The translations under genes were made by a program, and so were the position numbers. The notes under the pieces are model-generated. The model was not told the DNA's origin. It searched no databases and saw only the letters and a list, made by a program, of their open reading frames with translations. A stretch of DNA of 61,873 bases, filler included. It is 6 parts of 6 records of this genome, joined end to end, with 100 filler letters (N's around TTAATTAATTAA, not from the genome) between each part and the next. Parts side by side here need not be neighbours in the genome. Positions count along the whole stretch, not along the records: positions 16,748 to 22,372 come from SRR31147125_31365; positions 22,473 to 33,302 come from SRR31147125_31376; 4 more parts are not named here. One strand, 5' to 3'. Shown here piece after piece: positions 18,128-28,824 of the stretch (position 1 is the stretch's first letter; each line of letters opens with the position of its first letter).

Positions 18128-20350
18128 TTAATGCACAATCACCTCGTCAACAAAAATCCAAACCGGTAACCCTGATGCATTGTGCCAAAACGGAGCTTTA
18201 CCAACATTTTGCGCTTTTACTTTGATGTAACGTGCTTTTGTTGGTTTAAACTCTGCATTGAAATACTCAATGTCGTTACGTTTGCTTTCTTCGGTAATTG
18301 GTTTTTGTGTAGGCACTTTTTTTATGGTATTAAAGTTTTTGCCGTCGTTCGATGCCGAAAAAGTAACACTTTCGGGGAAGAAAACAATGTGGTTGGTAAC
18401 CTGCAAAAATCCAACAGAAATATTGCTGAATTCTTGTTCTTCGCCTAAATCAATTACTGCTTCCATATTATTCCCTTCAAAACCCAGCCAGTTGGCGTAA
18501 AAATTACTGCCTCCCAAAGCACCATCGCTTAGAGCCTGTGGATTTTCGTTGGCGTATTTTTTAGGTTTGGTAAGTAGTTTTACGGATTTACCTGCTGCCA
18601 GATTTGATGTTGCTGCGCGTTCCATTGTTTTTTCGAACAGCGCCAAAAACTCATCAACTTTGTAGCCCATTTCGTTCATCAAAGTAATGTTGGCAGCTTT
18701 GCAACTGGCTTCAAAACGTTTCAAACGTTCCTGTGTTTCTGAAGATATTTTACCATCTGCCAATAATTGGAAATCGGGCGACATGCCATTTCGTGCCATG
18801 CCCAATGATGCATAATCGGTACTGATTCGTGCCACCTTAACACGTTTTAAAACTTCAGGATTGCCGGCAACTGCTTTTTCTGCTTCAACGAAAAAAGTAT
18901 TGTAGCGTTTCAGATTTTCAGGGCTTAAAAACGACTCAAATCCCTGTGCCGGATCGCCATAAAGGAAAAGGAAAAAATCTTTGTTTTTCAGAATCTCTTC
19001 GTGAATGGCATCGATGTATTGTTTTACAAAAACACCGGCTTCTTCGTAATATGCATTTACAAATTCGGTAATAATTTCGTCGGCATCCAAATCAGGATTC
19101 CAAAGTAATTTTGCTGTTAAATACGAGCGCAATTCGAATAATTCGCTCGGATTGTGACTGTGCTGCTCAAAAATCCATTTGGCATGGTTGTCTCGGAAAA
19201 ACTGAATGTTGGGTTGAAGTGTGTGAATATTTGGAAAGGGCGCCAAAAAGTTAGTAAACTGTGTGGTGTAATCCCAAATTCTGATGTTGTTACTCAACTC
19301 TTTCCAGCCCCTTAAATCCTCAGCAAAATCGATACATTTTTCTTCAATGGGTGCACTGCGGTCGCATTCTATCGAACAAAGTGTAATAAGCACATTGTCG
19401 AGTGGTTTTGTTTTGCATGGTTTGCGTGTGTATTGGTAAGCTAAGGTTGAAATTTGTTTGTCGGGGAATTCTTTGGCCACCTCGTTTACAAAACGAATCA
19501 TTGTTCCGCTGTGCGAGCCTTCTTCCTCGTCAATGTTTTTGCAGTGCTCGCATTCGCAATATTGCGTGTTGTCGTTCGAACTTACCGAAATTACATTCGC
19601 CTCAGGATGGCGTTGGAAATAAGCACGAACCGAGTCTTTTACAATTTGCAATACCTCCGTATTGGTTAAACAAAGTTGGGTGTGTAATCTGCGGTTTCCG
19701 CGTTTGGCGTAATATTCCGGATGTTTATCTCCAAATACTTTTTCGGGCACAAAACGATGAAAAGTATGTACACGCGCCGAAGGAACATAATTTGGAAAAG
19801 CCTCGTGCGTTACCTTGTGTTTATCGGCAAAACCATGGTTCTCGTAAAAGAGTTTCGAGTGCATGGTACGTGTGGTAATTTCGGGCGTGTAAACATGGTT
19901 AAGTGTTTTACTAAGCGAAACGGTTTTTTGCGAAGGTATTTTCTCCACCTCGGGCGACAACCACAGGCAGCCCAATTCGTTTTCCAGAAAATTGTAAACA
20001 GCATACAAAGTGCTTTGTGCACTGCCGCCGGAAATCAGGATATTCTGTTCTTCATTGCTAATTACTGAAATGGTGTGTGGCGAGTTTAATTCGCAATTCT
20101 CAAAAACAGCAATACCTTTTTTCGATTCATCGGCATTATTTTCGGTAACAAGCGACAACTCAACCGAGCTAATTTCTTTTAAATATTTTTGAAGTTCAGT
20201 TGCTGCTTTTTGTACGGTTTTATCTGAATTCTCAGCAATACGGATTTCGTAATTCGACTTACCGTTTTTAATTAATGAGATTTCGTTTTTGGGTGAACAA
20301 GCCGAAATTCCTGCAATAATCAGGAATAAGATGAAAAGATTTTTTCGCAT
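18128..20350 (-). CDS. DUF4838-type lipoprotein with N-terminal GH67/GH20-like domain and C-terminal F5/8 (discoidin)-like domain
   Basis: Lipobox-like ISAC; AATELQKYLKEIS; TLYAVYNFLENELGC; HPEYYA...QLCLTN; CECEHC; TLAYQYT; C-terminal VIDLG...ARYIKV...FVDEV. Confidence 0.75.
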   Translation of the reverse strand: MRKNLFILFLIIAGISACSPKNEISLIKNGKSNYEIRIAENSDKTVQKAATELQKYLKEISSVELSLVTENNADESKKGIAVFENCELNSPHTISVISNEEQNILISGGSAQSTLYAVYNFLENELGCLWLSPEVEKIPSQKTVSLSKTLNHVYTPEITTRTMHSKLFYENHGFADKHKVTHEAFPNYVPSARVHTFHRFVPEKVFGDKHPEYYAKRGNRRLHTQLCLTNTEVLQIVKDSVRAYFQRHPEANVISVSSNDNTQYCECEHCKNIDEEEGSHSGTMIRFVNEVAKEFPDKQISTLAYQYTRKPCKTKPLDNVLITLCSIECDRSAPIEEKCIDFAEDLRGWKELSNNIRIWDYTTQFTNFLAPFPNIHTLQPNIQFFRDNHAKWIFEQHSHNPSELFELRSYLTAKLLWNPDLDADEIITEFVNAYYEEAGVFVKQYIDAIHEEILKNKDFFLFLYGDPAQGFESFLSPENLKRYNTFFVEAEKAVAGNPEVLKRVKVARISTDYASLGMARNGMSPDFQLLADGKISSETQERLKRFEASCKAANITLMNEMGYKVDEFLALFEKTMERAATSNLAAGKSVKLLTKPKKYANENPQALSDGALGGSNFYANWLGFEGNNMEAVIDLGEEQEFSNISVGFLQVTNHIVFFPESVTFSASNDGKNFNTIKKVPTQKPITEESKRNDIEYFNAEFKPTKARYIKVKAQNVGKAPFWHNASGLPVWIFVDEVIVH

Positions 20351-20448
20351 GGATTATTAGTTTTTTTAGTTTAGAATGCGAAGTTAGTAAATTTTTTAAG
20401 AAGTGGCAGTGTGGCTCGATTTAACACGAATACATAAAATTGCAACTT

Positions 20449-20530
20449 CTTTGTGAAAGCTTGGTGACTTAGAACCTTAGTGGCACTGAATTTTGCCACA
20501 AAGACACGAAAGCACTAAGAAACACTAAAG
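20449..20530. repeat. Imperfect palindrome built from short CACNAAG units
   Basis: Left arm CTTTGTG..CTTGGTG..CTTAGTGGC; right arm GCCACAAAG-ACACGAAAG-CACTAAG..CACTAAAG. Confidence 0.6.
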
Positions 20531-20547
20531 GGACTTACCAATTATGA

Positions 20548-21936
20548 TTATCGTCTCACCAAATAATTCCCCGCTGCACAAACCGAAAGCACAACCATTA
20601 ACAACAAATCCATTCTGCAAGAGCCAACCGTTCCCGGTAAAATACCGGCTTGCGAAAGAATAAACACGCCCAGTCCAATTCCTGAAACGAGAATCATAAA
20701 CCAGCCCATATTTTTTTTCGAGAGGATTCCGAGGATTACCAGCGGCCCCATCATGGCAGTGCCGGCAAAACTTGTGCGGGCTAAAAGTACCAGTTGGTCG
20801 GAGCTAAACAGCGAGAATAACAAGGCTGCCACTGCAAAACTAATTATGGCAATTCGTATGGGTAATAAGGAGTCGCTGCCTTTGTGGCCGAGCAAACCAC
20901 GGAGTTCGTTACCCAGTGCAAACAACTGCGAGTCGGAAGTTGACATGGCCGCAGCAAATAAACCAATAATTGCTGCCGAAGCAATAAATCCGGGCTGGTC
21001 GCGTAAAAGAACCTGCCCAAGGAAATCGGCTACCGAAGCATCGGGATAACGAATGGCTCCGTAAAAACCAATTATAAGAGTGGGAAAGATTACCAGCATG
21101 GCAAAGGTTCCCACTGCAACTGCCATTCGGCGCAAGGCTTTGGCGTCTTTCATAATTACCAGGCGGGTAGAAAGTTGAGGCTGCGTAACCGGAATCATTA
21201 AAATGGCCAGAAACGAAGCAATCAGAAACTGGGCATTCAGCAAACCTTTTGGCCCGGGTGTTGAGAGAAGTGCTGCATTGGCCACCTCCACTTTCGAGAA
21301 CATTTCGACCCAACCACCAAGGTAATTCATACAGGTAACGGCAATTACCCAAACTACAATCAGCAACATGGTTCCCTGCATAAAATCGGCGTAAATAATG
21401 GCTTTTAATCCTCCAAATTCAGAATAAAGGAGCATTACCACAACAATCATTAACGACCATGCCCAGGCCGGTAGTGCAGCCGGAAATGCCTGCTCAAGAA
21501 AGATGGCAACACCACGAATTTGGATGGCTACATACGGAACAAGAAACAGAAATACGGCCAGGAAATAAATGTAACCGGCCCATTTATTTTGGTAGCAGCT
21601 TTGCAGCAGTCCCGACATTCCTTTAAAACCTTTTTGAGCTACCAGTTTCCGTAAATGAAATCCAAACCACACAATCAGAAAAACCATTCCTGCATCGGAA
21701 AAGGCGAGGAAAATCCAGGCTCCAATTCCGTGGGTACGCGAAAAATCGGGCATCCCCATTAAAGTAAAGGTGCTGAAAAGTGTGGCGGCAAAGGTCATAA
21801 AACCAAGAATAAGCCCGATGTTTGAACCGGCCATCATAAAATCTTCGTTCGATTTTATTTTTCTGCGCGAACGCCACGAAAGGTAAAATAAGATTGCAAT
21901 GTATATTGTTCCGACAATGAGTAGCCACTTAAGCAT
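20548..21936 (-). CDS. Sodium:solute symporter (SSS family)
   Basis: About 13 TM helices; ATLFSTFTLMGMP, GGLKAIIYADFMQG and AAAMSTSDSQL. Confidence 0.9.
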   Translation of the reverse strand: MLKWLLIVGTIYIAILFYLSWRSRRKIKSNEDFMMAGSNIGLILGFMTFAATLFSTFTLMGMPDFSRTHGIGAWIFLAFSDAGMVFLIVWFGFHLRKLVAQKGFKGMSGLLQSCYQNKWAGYIYFLAVFLFLVPYVAIQIRGVAIFLEQAFPAALPAWAWSLMIVVVMLLYSEFGGLKAIIYADFMQGTMLLIVVWVIAVTCMNYLGGWVEMFSKVEVANAALLSTPGPKGLLNAQFLIASFLAILMIPVTQPQLSTRLVIMKDAKALRRMAVAVGTFAMLVIFPTLIIGFYGAIRYPDASVADFLGQVLLRDQPGFIASAAIIGLFAAAMSTSDSQLFALGNELRGLLGHKGSDSLLPIRIAIISFAVAALLFSLFSSDQLVLLARTSFAGTAMMGPLVILGILSKKNMGWFMILVSGIGLGVFILSQAGILPGTVGSCRMDLLLMVVLSVCAAGNYLVRR

Positions 21937-22002
21937 GTTGTTTAGTTTTAGTTAATGATTTGTTTTATCTGTTGGTAGAATTGTTTTTTACTGAATGATA
22001 AC

Positions 22003-22051
22003 CAGACTTCGACTACGCTCAGTCTGACGGGCAAAGTGAGCGGAGTGGAAC
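22003..22051. repeat. REP-like element (CTTCGACTACGCTCAG type) with a degenerate inverted partner
   Basis: CAGACT-TCGACTACGCTC-AGTCTG hairpin followed by TGAGCGGAGTGGAA, an approximate reverse complement of TTCGACTACGCTCA. Confidence 0.6.
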
Positions 22052-22092
22052 TGTGTTTTTACATGATACGAATAAGTTTCGCCATCATCTTT

Positions 22093-22302
22093 TTAATTAT
22101 CGTCCTTCAAATAAATTAGCCCGCCAATATATGTAAGTATCACCAGCAAAATGCTTATTAAAATACTTATCCAAAGTGTGTAGGGCATGGCAAATAATTC
22201 AGGCTTTGTTTTGCCGGGTGCAATAATTAGTGGTGAGAAGGTAATTATTACCAGAAGTACCGCGCAAACAACTGTTATTTTCCAGTAGATTTTTTGTTTC
22301 AT
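22093..22302 (-). CDS. Small two-TM symporter accessory protein (DUF3311/DUF485-like)
   Basis: 69 aa, two TM helices, PELFAMPYTLW motif, directly upstream of the SSS gene. Confidence 0.7.
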   Translation of the reverse strand: MKQKIYWKITVVCAVLLVIITFSPLIIAPGKTKPELFAMPYTLWISILISILLVILTYIGGLIYLKDDN

Positions 22303-22372
22303 AAGTAGGTTTAGTTTTAATGAATTTCCGAGTTACCCAAAACTTTACCCCTTCGCCTGTCGGCACTTCCCC

Positions 22373-22472
22373 NNNNNNNNNNNNNNNNNNNNNNNNNNNN
22401 NNNNNNNNNNNNNNNNTTAATTAATTAANNNNNNNNNNNNNNNNNNNNNNNNNNNNNNNNNNNNNNNNNNNN
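22373..22472. other. Artificial contig linker
   Basis: N44-TTAATTAATTAA-N44. Confidence 0.99.
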
Positions 22473-23201
22473 TGCAAGTGCTGTTGCCATTCGCGTCGAA
22501 TTTTCAACAGGAACAAGCGTATCTTCCGACGTTGCCCAAAGAAACATTGGTGGTGTGTCTGTTGACACATGCAAATTAACAGATGCTGTATCAAGCATAT
22601 CTTTGCTAGGATTCTTAGTCCCAAAATATGCGATAGTAGCTGCATGACGTATTGAAGCATCCATTTCATTCATCTTTGATTGTCTTATTAGATGATAGTC
22701 ACATACTGCATAGCCAATTATTGCAGCACTCGGTCTAAATATCTCCTTATCCATGCCAAAATGTTCACTTATAATATCATCCTGCCAATAAACCGAATAC
22801 ATTGCACAGTTATGACCACCTGCCGAAAAACCACACAATGCGATTTTATCCGTATCAACCAGCCATTTATCAGCATTTTCATGTATTGTAATAAATGCTT
22901 TTCCAATATCACGCATTGGCTGAGGATATTTACTTCTGATGTTCTCATCGATGTCATCCTCTTTTGGAAAACCGCCATACACTGAGTATCTGAGCACAAA
23001 AGCGTGATAACCCATTGAAGCGAATCGTAATGCTATCGGTTCTGCTTCTCTATCAGAACAGCTCATGTATCCGCCTCCAGGACAAATCAACACACATGGT
23101 CTCTTTTTCCCATCAAGCATTTCTCTTGAATCATCTAAAATATAAGTCGTCAGCGTCACATCATCTCGCTGATCATAGAGTTTTATTTTTTCAACCAACA
23201 T
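22473..23201 (-). CDS. Alpha/beta hydrolase (acetyl esterase/lipase-like), 3'-truncated at the contig end
   Basis: ICPGGGY, REAEPIA, GFSAGGH and TPPMFLW...DTLVP. Confidence 0.85.
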
Positions 23202-23209
23202 ATCGATCT

Positions 23210-25913
23210 TTACCTTTCAAATTCAACAATTTTGAGTAATTCATCCATTTTTTCTATAGTTTCTGAGCAAACATCCATTATGCCTACTTGCGCAAACTTT
23301 TTTAGTGTCCAAAGCTGAAATTCTTTATTCCCATGCATAGACGCACCGTAGATTTGCGGCAATTCTGATTTTAATATATCCGCTGTCTGCTTATTTTCTA
23401 GCAAATCCAATATCATGGAATTTGAGCTATAGGGTCTATTAAGATTAATATCACTTTCATAGGTATATTCATAATGTCCATGTTCCACTCTTTCCACTTT
23501 GTTTTGTGGATGTAGCGGCAAATATACCATTGCACTTGTTCCATACGGAATATCCACTTTTAACTGAATAGTTTTACCATCAATTCCCCAGCAAACTCGA
23601 TACACACCGCATGGCGAATCATAACTTAAATCCATCGTTTTCAAACGATAGTTTATATTAGGTTTAATAATAGCACTTTTCCATCCGGGTTGATCACAAT
23701 CCAAGCCTGCAATTTTTGAATATATTGCCTCACATACCGATCCGTATGCGTAATGGTTCAGAGAATTCATATCTGTGCCACTGATTTTCCCGTCTGGCAA
23801 TATCGAATTCCAACGCTCCCATATTGTAGTAGCTCCCATATTTACAGCGTATAGCCATCCATCTTTTTCATTAAAAAGTATACGATACGCTTCATCTATC
23901 AGTCCATTATCCAATAAGGCTAAAAGAATCAAAGGTGTGCCTGTGAATCCACATTTCAGTCTATAAAAATCACGATATAACCTAGATTTCATTCCTTCAA
24001 CAATCTTAGATCTATCTCTATACAATTTAAAATATAGCGACAAGGCATAACCAGTTTGTGTATCCACGCAAAGTCTACCGTTTGGCGATATAAATTCATT
24101 CAATATTGCAGTTTTAATCTCATCCGCCAAACTCTGATAACGCTTTGCATCCTCTTTATACCCAATCACATCTGCTGTACCAGCTATAATCATCACACTA
24201 TTATAGTAATAAACAGATTTAATATAGGTTTCATCTGTGCCACCTTTTAATGACTGATCGCACACGCCATCTTGTGCAAGCCAATCACCGAAAGTGAAAC
24301 CGTGCGTAATAATATGCGAGTTCCCGTTTTGAATATCTTGATTTACTACGTATTCAACATAATCCTTCATCATAGTATAATTTTTCAAAAGCAGTCGCTT
24401 ATCTCCATAGAATCGATAAACATTCCACGGAATAATAATAGATGCATCCGCCCAAACGGCACCGCCATTGCCAGCCTGTTTTTTTAACGACGGACAATAC
24501 ATCGGAATATCACCATCAAAGTACATGGTCTGTTCTGCCCGCATATCTATCATGAACTTTTTATAAAACGAATAGCTATCCATGTTATAACAAGCAGTAT
24601 TGGAAAAAACTTGTGCATCCCCTGTCCAACCAAGTCTTTCATCTCTTTGAGGACAGTCGGTTGGCAAATCTACAAAATTGCTTTTTTGTCCCCAAATAGA
24701 ATTTTGTATCAATTTATTGATTTTTTTACTATCTGTTTTGATTTCGATAGTATCATCAAGAGATGTGTATAGTACAACGCCAATAAAATCGTCAATATTT
24801 ATATCTTCTATTCCCAAAACTTTAACGTATCTAAATCCATAGAATGTAAAGTATGGCTCAATCACTTTTTCTTGTCCATCTGAAACATAATTAAATTCCG
24901 CTTTAGCACTCCTCAAGTTATCGTTATAAAAACAGTCGTCCTGCAGCACTTCGCCATATTGCAGTTTAATTTCACTTCCGGCTTCTTCTTTGCATATAAA
25001 CCGACAAAACCCAGAAAAATTTTGCTTAAAATCCAAAATCATCTCACCTTTAGGCGATATGATAAGTTCTGGCTTTATCTCTTTTTTTACTTTTACAAGT
25101 GGCGTAAACTCTGGAATCAAGTCATATTTGGTTTCAATAATATCGCAGCAACAAACATCATTTGTAATAAGGGTTTCATCACGACTTTCTCCATCATAAA
25201 TAGATGTATCTGTAATATTTGATGATTTTGCTTGCCAGCTTTCATCCGTTTCAATTTCAACCGTCTGACCATCTTTATGTTTAATTATTAATTTTGCGCA
25301 AAGCAAATACTTTTCTCCAAATGTATTGGGTTTACTACCGTTTATACCCAGTCTGCCCTTATACCATCCATCTCCAAGTGTCACTTCAAGTATGTTTTTG
25401 CTTCGTAGTAAATCGGTTATGTCATATGTTTGGTATCTCAAATACGCATCATAATCATTGAATCCCGGAGTTAAATAATCGCTCCCCACTCTCTTTCCAT
25501 TTATAAATGCTCTATATAAACCAAGTCCTGTAATATATAACTTTGCTGATAAAATATCGCAGTCCATACTGAAATTTTTAAATATTGTTGGACATTTTAT
25601 ATTTTTTTGGAGTAATAAAGGTAGCACTTAATTGGCTAGCTGTTTCAAAGCAAGACTTTTCTGATTCGGATTCATCGTTTGACACTGACCAATAGTAAAC
25701 TTTACCTGCTTCAAACTCGAAATCCAAGTAAAAACAATAGGCATCATCAATGCCTATTTTCTGACAATAGATAGGCTCAATAGATTTTTCGTTCTCAAAT
25801 ATACTAATTAAAAAATCATATCCTGAATGCGCCTTAAAGGAAAACATAATATCATCGTTTTTTACTCCGCTTGGCATGTTCATTCTATTTATTTTTAAAT
25901 CATATATCTTCAT
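23210..25913 (-). CDS. GH78 alpha-L-rhamnosidase, split by a frameshift at the A7 run 25602-25608
   Basis: ITGLGLY...NGKRVG, TDCPQRDERLGWTGD, GATTIWERW and NSLNHYAYG. ORF 25578-25913 supplies the N-terminal Fn3-like domain (YYWSV...S...FET). Confidence 0.88.
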
Positions 25914-25953
25914 TAAACATCATCCTCTTAATAATTATTGTCTGCTTTGCTGC

Positions 25954-27615
25954 TTATAGTTTCCCGCAATATGGATCTATCGGGCTTTTGCCTTTAAATT
26001 CGGATTTTCCAAGCAACTTATCAAATACTGAATGCAAAATTATATCACTATTAAAGTATGCATTAATAAATGTATCAATCATCGGAACATCCTGCATCAA
26101 ATATGGATTTCCAATTCCAATAAACAAGGTTGGTACTTCTTTCACAAACCACGGAATGTTGTTTCCTGTTCCAAAAAAAGTATGCCAATGAATACGACCG
26201 ACCGTTTTATTACTTACATTTTCTATATTTCCAAGATATATCACTAAATCATATTTACCTCTAAACCTTTGAATATTGTTGTCTAACGTCTGAAAATTTT
26301 CTGGTTCATAGATTGTAACGTTAAATCCCTCTTGCTCCAATCTTTGCTTTGTAGTGTTCAATACACGGTTATTAGAATCAAAGTCGCCCAATACTTCAAG
26401 CAATATTCTCTCATGTTTTTCTTTAGATATCGGCAGTAGATTTTCTTTATTTTTAACAAGTGTAATTGATTTATCAGCCAATTCCTGTGCCATTTTTATA
26501 TGATGCTTACATCCAATAATATCAAGTGCATCCTCGTTTGGCACAAGCGTATTGTTTTCTTTTTTAGTGTGCAATTTCATTGCCGCTTTCATACCCAAGA
26601 TACGCGTCAGCGCATCGTACAATCTTTGCTCGGATAAAATCCCGCTTTCAATACCTTTTTTCATATATTCAAAGTCTTCATCAATATCTTTGTTGAACAA
26701 AAACATGTCGCACCCAGCTTCAATTGAATAAGGTACAGATTTACGACGCTCCATTGCACAACAAAAACCGACCATCGGTGTTGCATCCGTAATAATTAAT
26801 CCGTTGAATCCAAGCTTTTCTCGCAATAAGCCTTGAAGCAACTGCTTAGAAAGCGATGCAGGTAAATCTTCTGTCTGCAATGCTGGCAGTGTAATGTGCC
26901 CTGCCATAACCGACAACACACCATCATCAATCAATTCTTTATATACCCTGCCAAAGCTGCCATACCACTCTGTTTTAGATAAACTGTTAACACTAGTTAA
27001 AAGGTGATGATCTCTATCGTCAACCCCATCCCCAGGAAAATGCTTAATACATGTTTTAAGCCCATTTTCGCAAAGCCCGCGCTTTGTTTGCTTTGCCATT
27101 TTTATCACTCGACTAATATCACTTCCAAAGGTTCTTACATTTGTAATGGGATTTCGATAGTTAAGATCAAGATCAATAATTGGTCCAAACGCCCAATTCA
27201 ATCCAACGGCTGCTCCCTCTTTCGCGGCAATTTCTCCTAAACTATAAGCAAAACTTTCGTCGTCTGTTGCAGCAACATTCATTTGCTCTCCAAAACCAGT
27301 ACCGTCACTCGCAATTCCATCACCACCGGTTTCAACATTTGCCGCTAAAAGCATAGGTATTTTACTCGAATCTTGTAGTATTCTATGCGCTTTTTGAACT
27401 TTCTCACTCGGCATCGCGCGAAACAGAATCCCACCGATGTGTTTTTTTGCCATATTTTTTAAATAGTCTTCATCATCAATAACACCAATTGGGCAGAAAA
27501 GTTGTCCTATTTTTTCTTCTATTGTCATTGATTCAATTGTTTCTTCAACCCATGTTATGTCTTTATCCGAAAGAAAAAAAGGTGATGCTTTCAGATCAAC
27601 CATGTATTTTGTCAT
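25954..27615 (-). CDS. GH3 glycoside hydrolase (beta-hexosaminidase/beta-glucosidase-like)
   Basis: TIEEKIGQLF, KHFPGDG, MAGHI and LLREKLGFNGLIITDA. Confidence 0.9.
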   Translation of the reverse strand: MTKYMVDLKASPFFLSDKDITWVEETIESMTIEEKIGQLFCPIGVIDDEDYLKNMAKKHIGGILFRAMPSEKVQKAHRILQDSSKIPMLLAANVETGGDGIASDGTGFGEQMNVAATDDESFAYSLGEIAAKEGAAVGLNWAFGPIIDLDLNYRNPITNVRTFGSDISRVIKMAKQTKRGLCENGLKTCIKHFPGDGVDDRDHHLLTSVNSLSKTEWYGSFGRVYKELIDDGVLSVMAGHITLPALQTEDLPASLSKQLLQGLLREKLGFNGLIITDATPMVGFCCAMERRKSVPYSIEAGCDMFLFNKDIDEDFEYMKKGIESGILSEQRLYDALTRILGMKAAMKLHTKKENNTLVPNEDALDIIGCKHHIKMAQELADKSITLVKNKENLLPISKEKHERILLEVLGDFDSNNRVLNTTKQRLEQEGFNVTIYEPENFQTLDNNIQRFRGKYDLVIYLGNIENVSNKTVGRIHWHTFFGTGNNIPWFVKEVPTLFIGIGNPYLMQDVPMIDTFINAYFNSDIILHSVFDKLLGKSEFKGKSPIDPYCGKL

Positions 27616-27735
27616 TTTTTCAACCTCATGTTTTGTATATGCTTAAACCAGACCAGTGTATTTATAATATTAATTTAGATTCTATTCATCATTCTTTTAT
27701 TTGCGATTTTCATCAGTATACAATAATTGTTGTTT

Positions 27736-28743
27736 TTAAAGTGCTTGCTCTGCTAATGCCTTTGCTTTCTTTTCTTTGTATCTTTTAAATAACGGAATTT
27801 TATGATTGTTGGAAACATATATCAAGAACAACAATACAACTACACCATCAATAACAGTTTTTAAAGAGCTTGATGCGCCCATTTTTACAAGTCCTGATGA
27901 AATGCATGCTTGAATAACAGCCCCTATAACCACACCAATATTCCTATTTGAGTATTTGGCAAGCATATTGCCTATAAACATCGGCAAAAAAGCACTCATA
28001 ATGAATGACGAACTTGCAAGCCCTGTTTGCGGCGCAATATATCCATACTGAGATATATACATAACGCCAGCGCACGCCATAAGGCCTCCAGCAATAATAT
28101 AGCAGATTACTGCGTTTCTTTTTTCATTAATTCCAACATCTACTGCATTTTTTTGTCCGGTTTGTAGCGAATATGTGTTGTACCCAAATTGTGTATAATT
28201 TAATAAATATGTCAGTATCACGATGACACTTGCTACAAGAATAATGTTAATCGGCCACCTTGCCCAAATCAACATATCAAATTCACCAATCAACCTAACG
28301 CCATTGCTTTTAAACAGTTTAAAGGCAATCGCTTCAAGAATCATAGTAATGCCAAGAGATGTTACCATTGACGGCAGTTTTAATGTGATATATACGAGCC
28401 CAGAAAACAGACCACAGATTAGACCTATTCCAATTACTAGAAACAGCAGTCCAAATGGACCGGCATCCATATTCTTCGCAATATTCCCACCGAGAACAAG
28501 TGATAATATCAATACTGATCCTACAGAAAAGTCAAATCTTCCTGATGTCAAATTATATGATACAGCAAGTGCGATAAAGCTTGAGTAACAAGCGTTATAT
28601 ATGATCGTTTTCAAATCGGCTCCGACTCCAAACCCACTGTTTCCGGTTGCATTTGTAAGAACATAGAAGAAAATATATATCACGATTGGTCCTGATATGC
28701 TTATTAATAGATTTCTTATTAATCTTGTAAATTTGTTACTCAT
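27736..28743 (-). CDS. Sugar ABC transporter permease (RbsC-like)
   Basis: Hydrophobic; FDFSVGS, LPSMVTSLG and T.FG...G.N..A...GIN motifs. Confidence 0.85.
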   Translation of the reverse strand: MSNKFTRLIRNLLISISGPIVIYIFFYVLTNATGNSGFGVGADLKTIIYNACYSSFIALAVSYNLTSGRFDFSVGSVLILSLVLGGNIAKNMDAGPFGLLFLVIGIGLICGLFSGLVYITLKLPSMVTSLGITMILEAIAFKLFKSNGVRLIGEFDMLIWARWPINIILVASVIVILTYLLNYTQFGYNTYSLQTGQKNAVDVGINEKRNAVICYIIAGGLMACAGVMYISQYGYIAPQTGLASSSFIMSAFLPMFIGNMLAKYSNRNIGVVIGAVIQACISSGLVKMGASSSLKTVIDGVVVLLFLIYVSNNHKIPLFKRYKEKKAKALAEQAL

Positions 28744-28764
28744 GATTTACCTCACTCATTTTTT

Positions 28765-28798
28765 TGTTTGCTATGGATAAAAATATCCATAGCAAACA
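28765..28798 (-). promoter_or_regulatory. Perfect 15-bp stem-loop between the binding-protein and permease genes; probable mRNA stabiliser
   Basis: TGTTTGCTATGGATA-AAAA-TATCCATAGCAAACA; no U-tract in the direction of transcription. Confidence 0.6.
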
Positions 28799-28824
28799 TT
28801 ATACATTTATAGTTCTACTTTATA

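Noticed and set aside
25578-25913. Separate 111-aa gene upstream of the rhamnosidase
   Set aside because: It is the N-terminal domain of GH78, separated by a shift in an A7 run.
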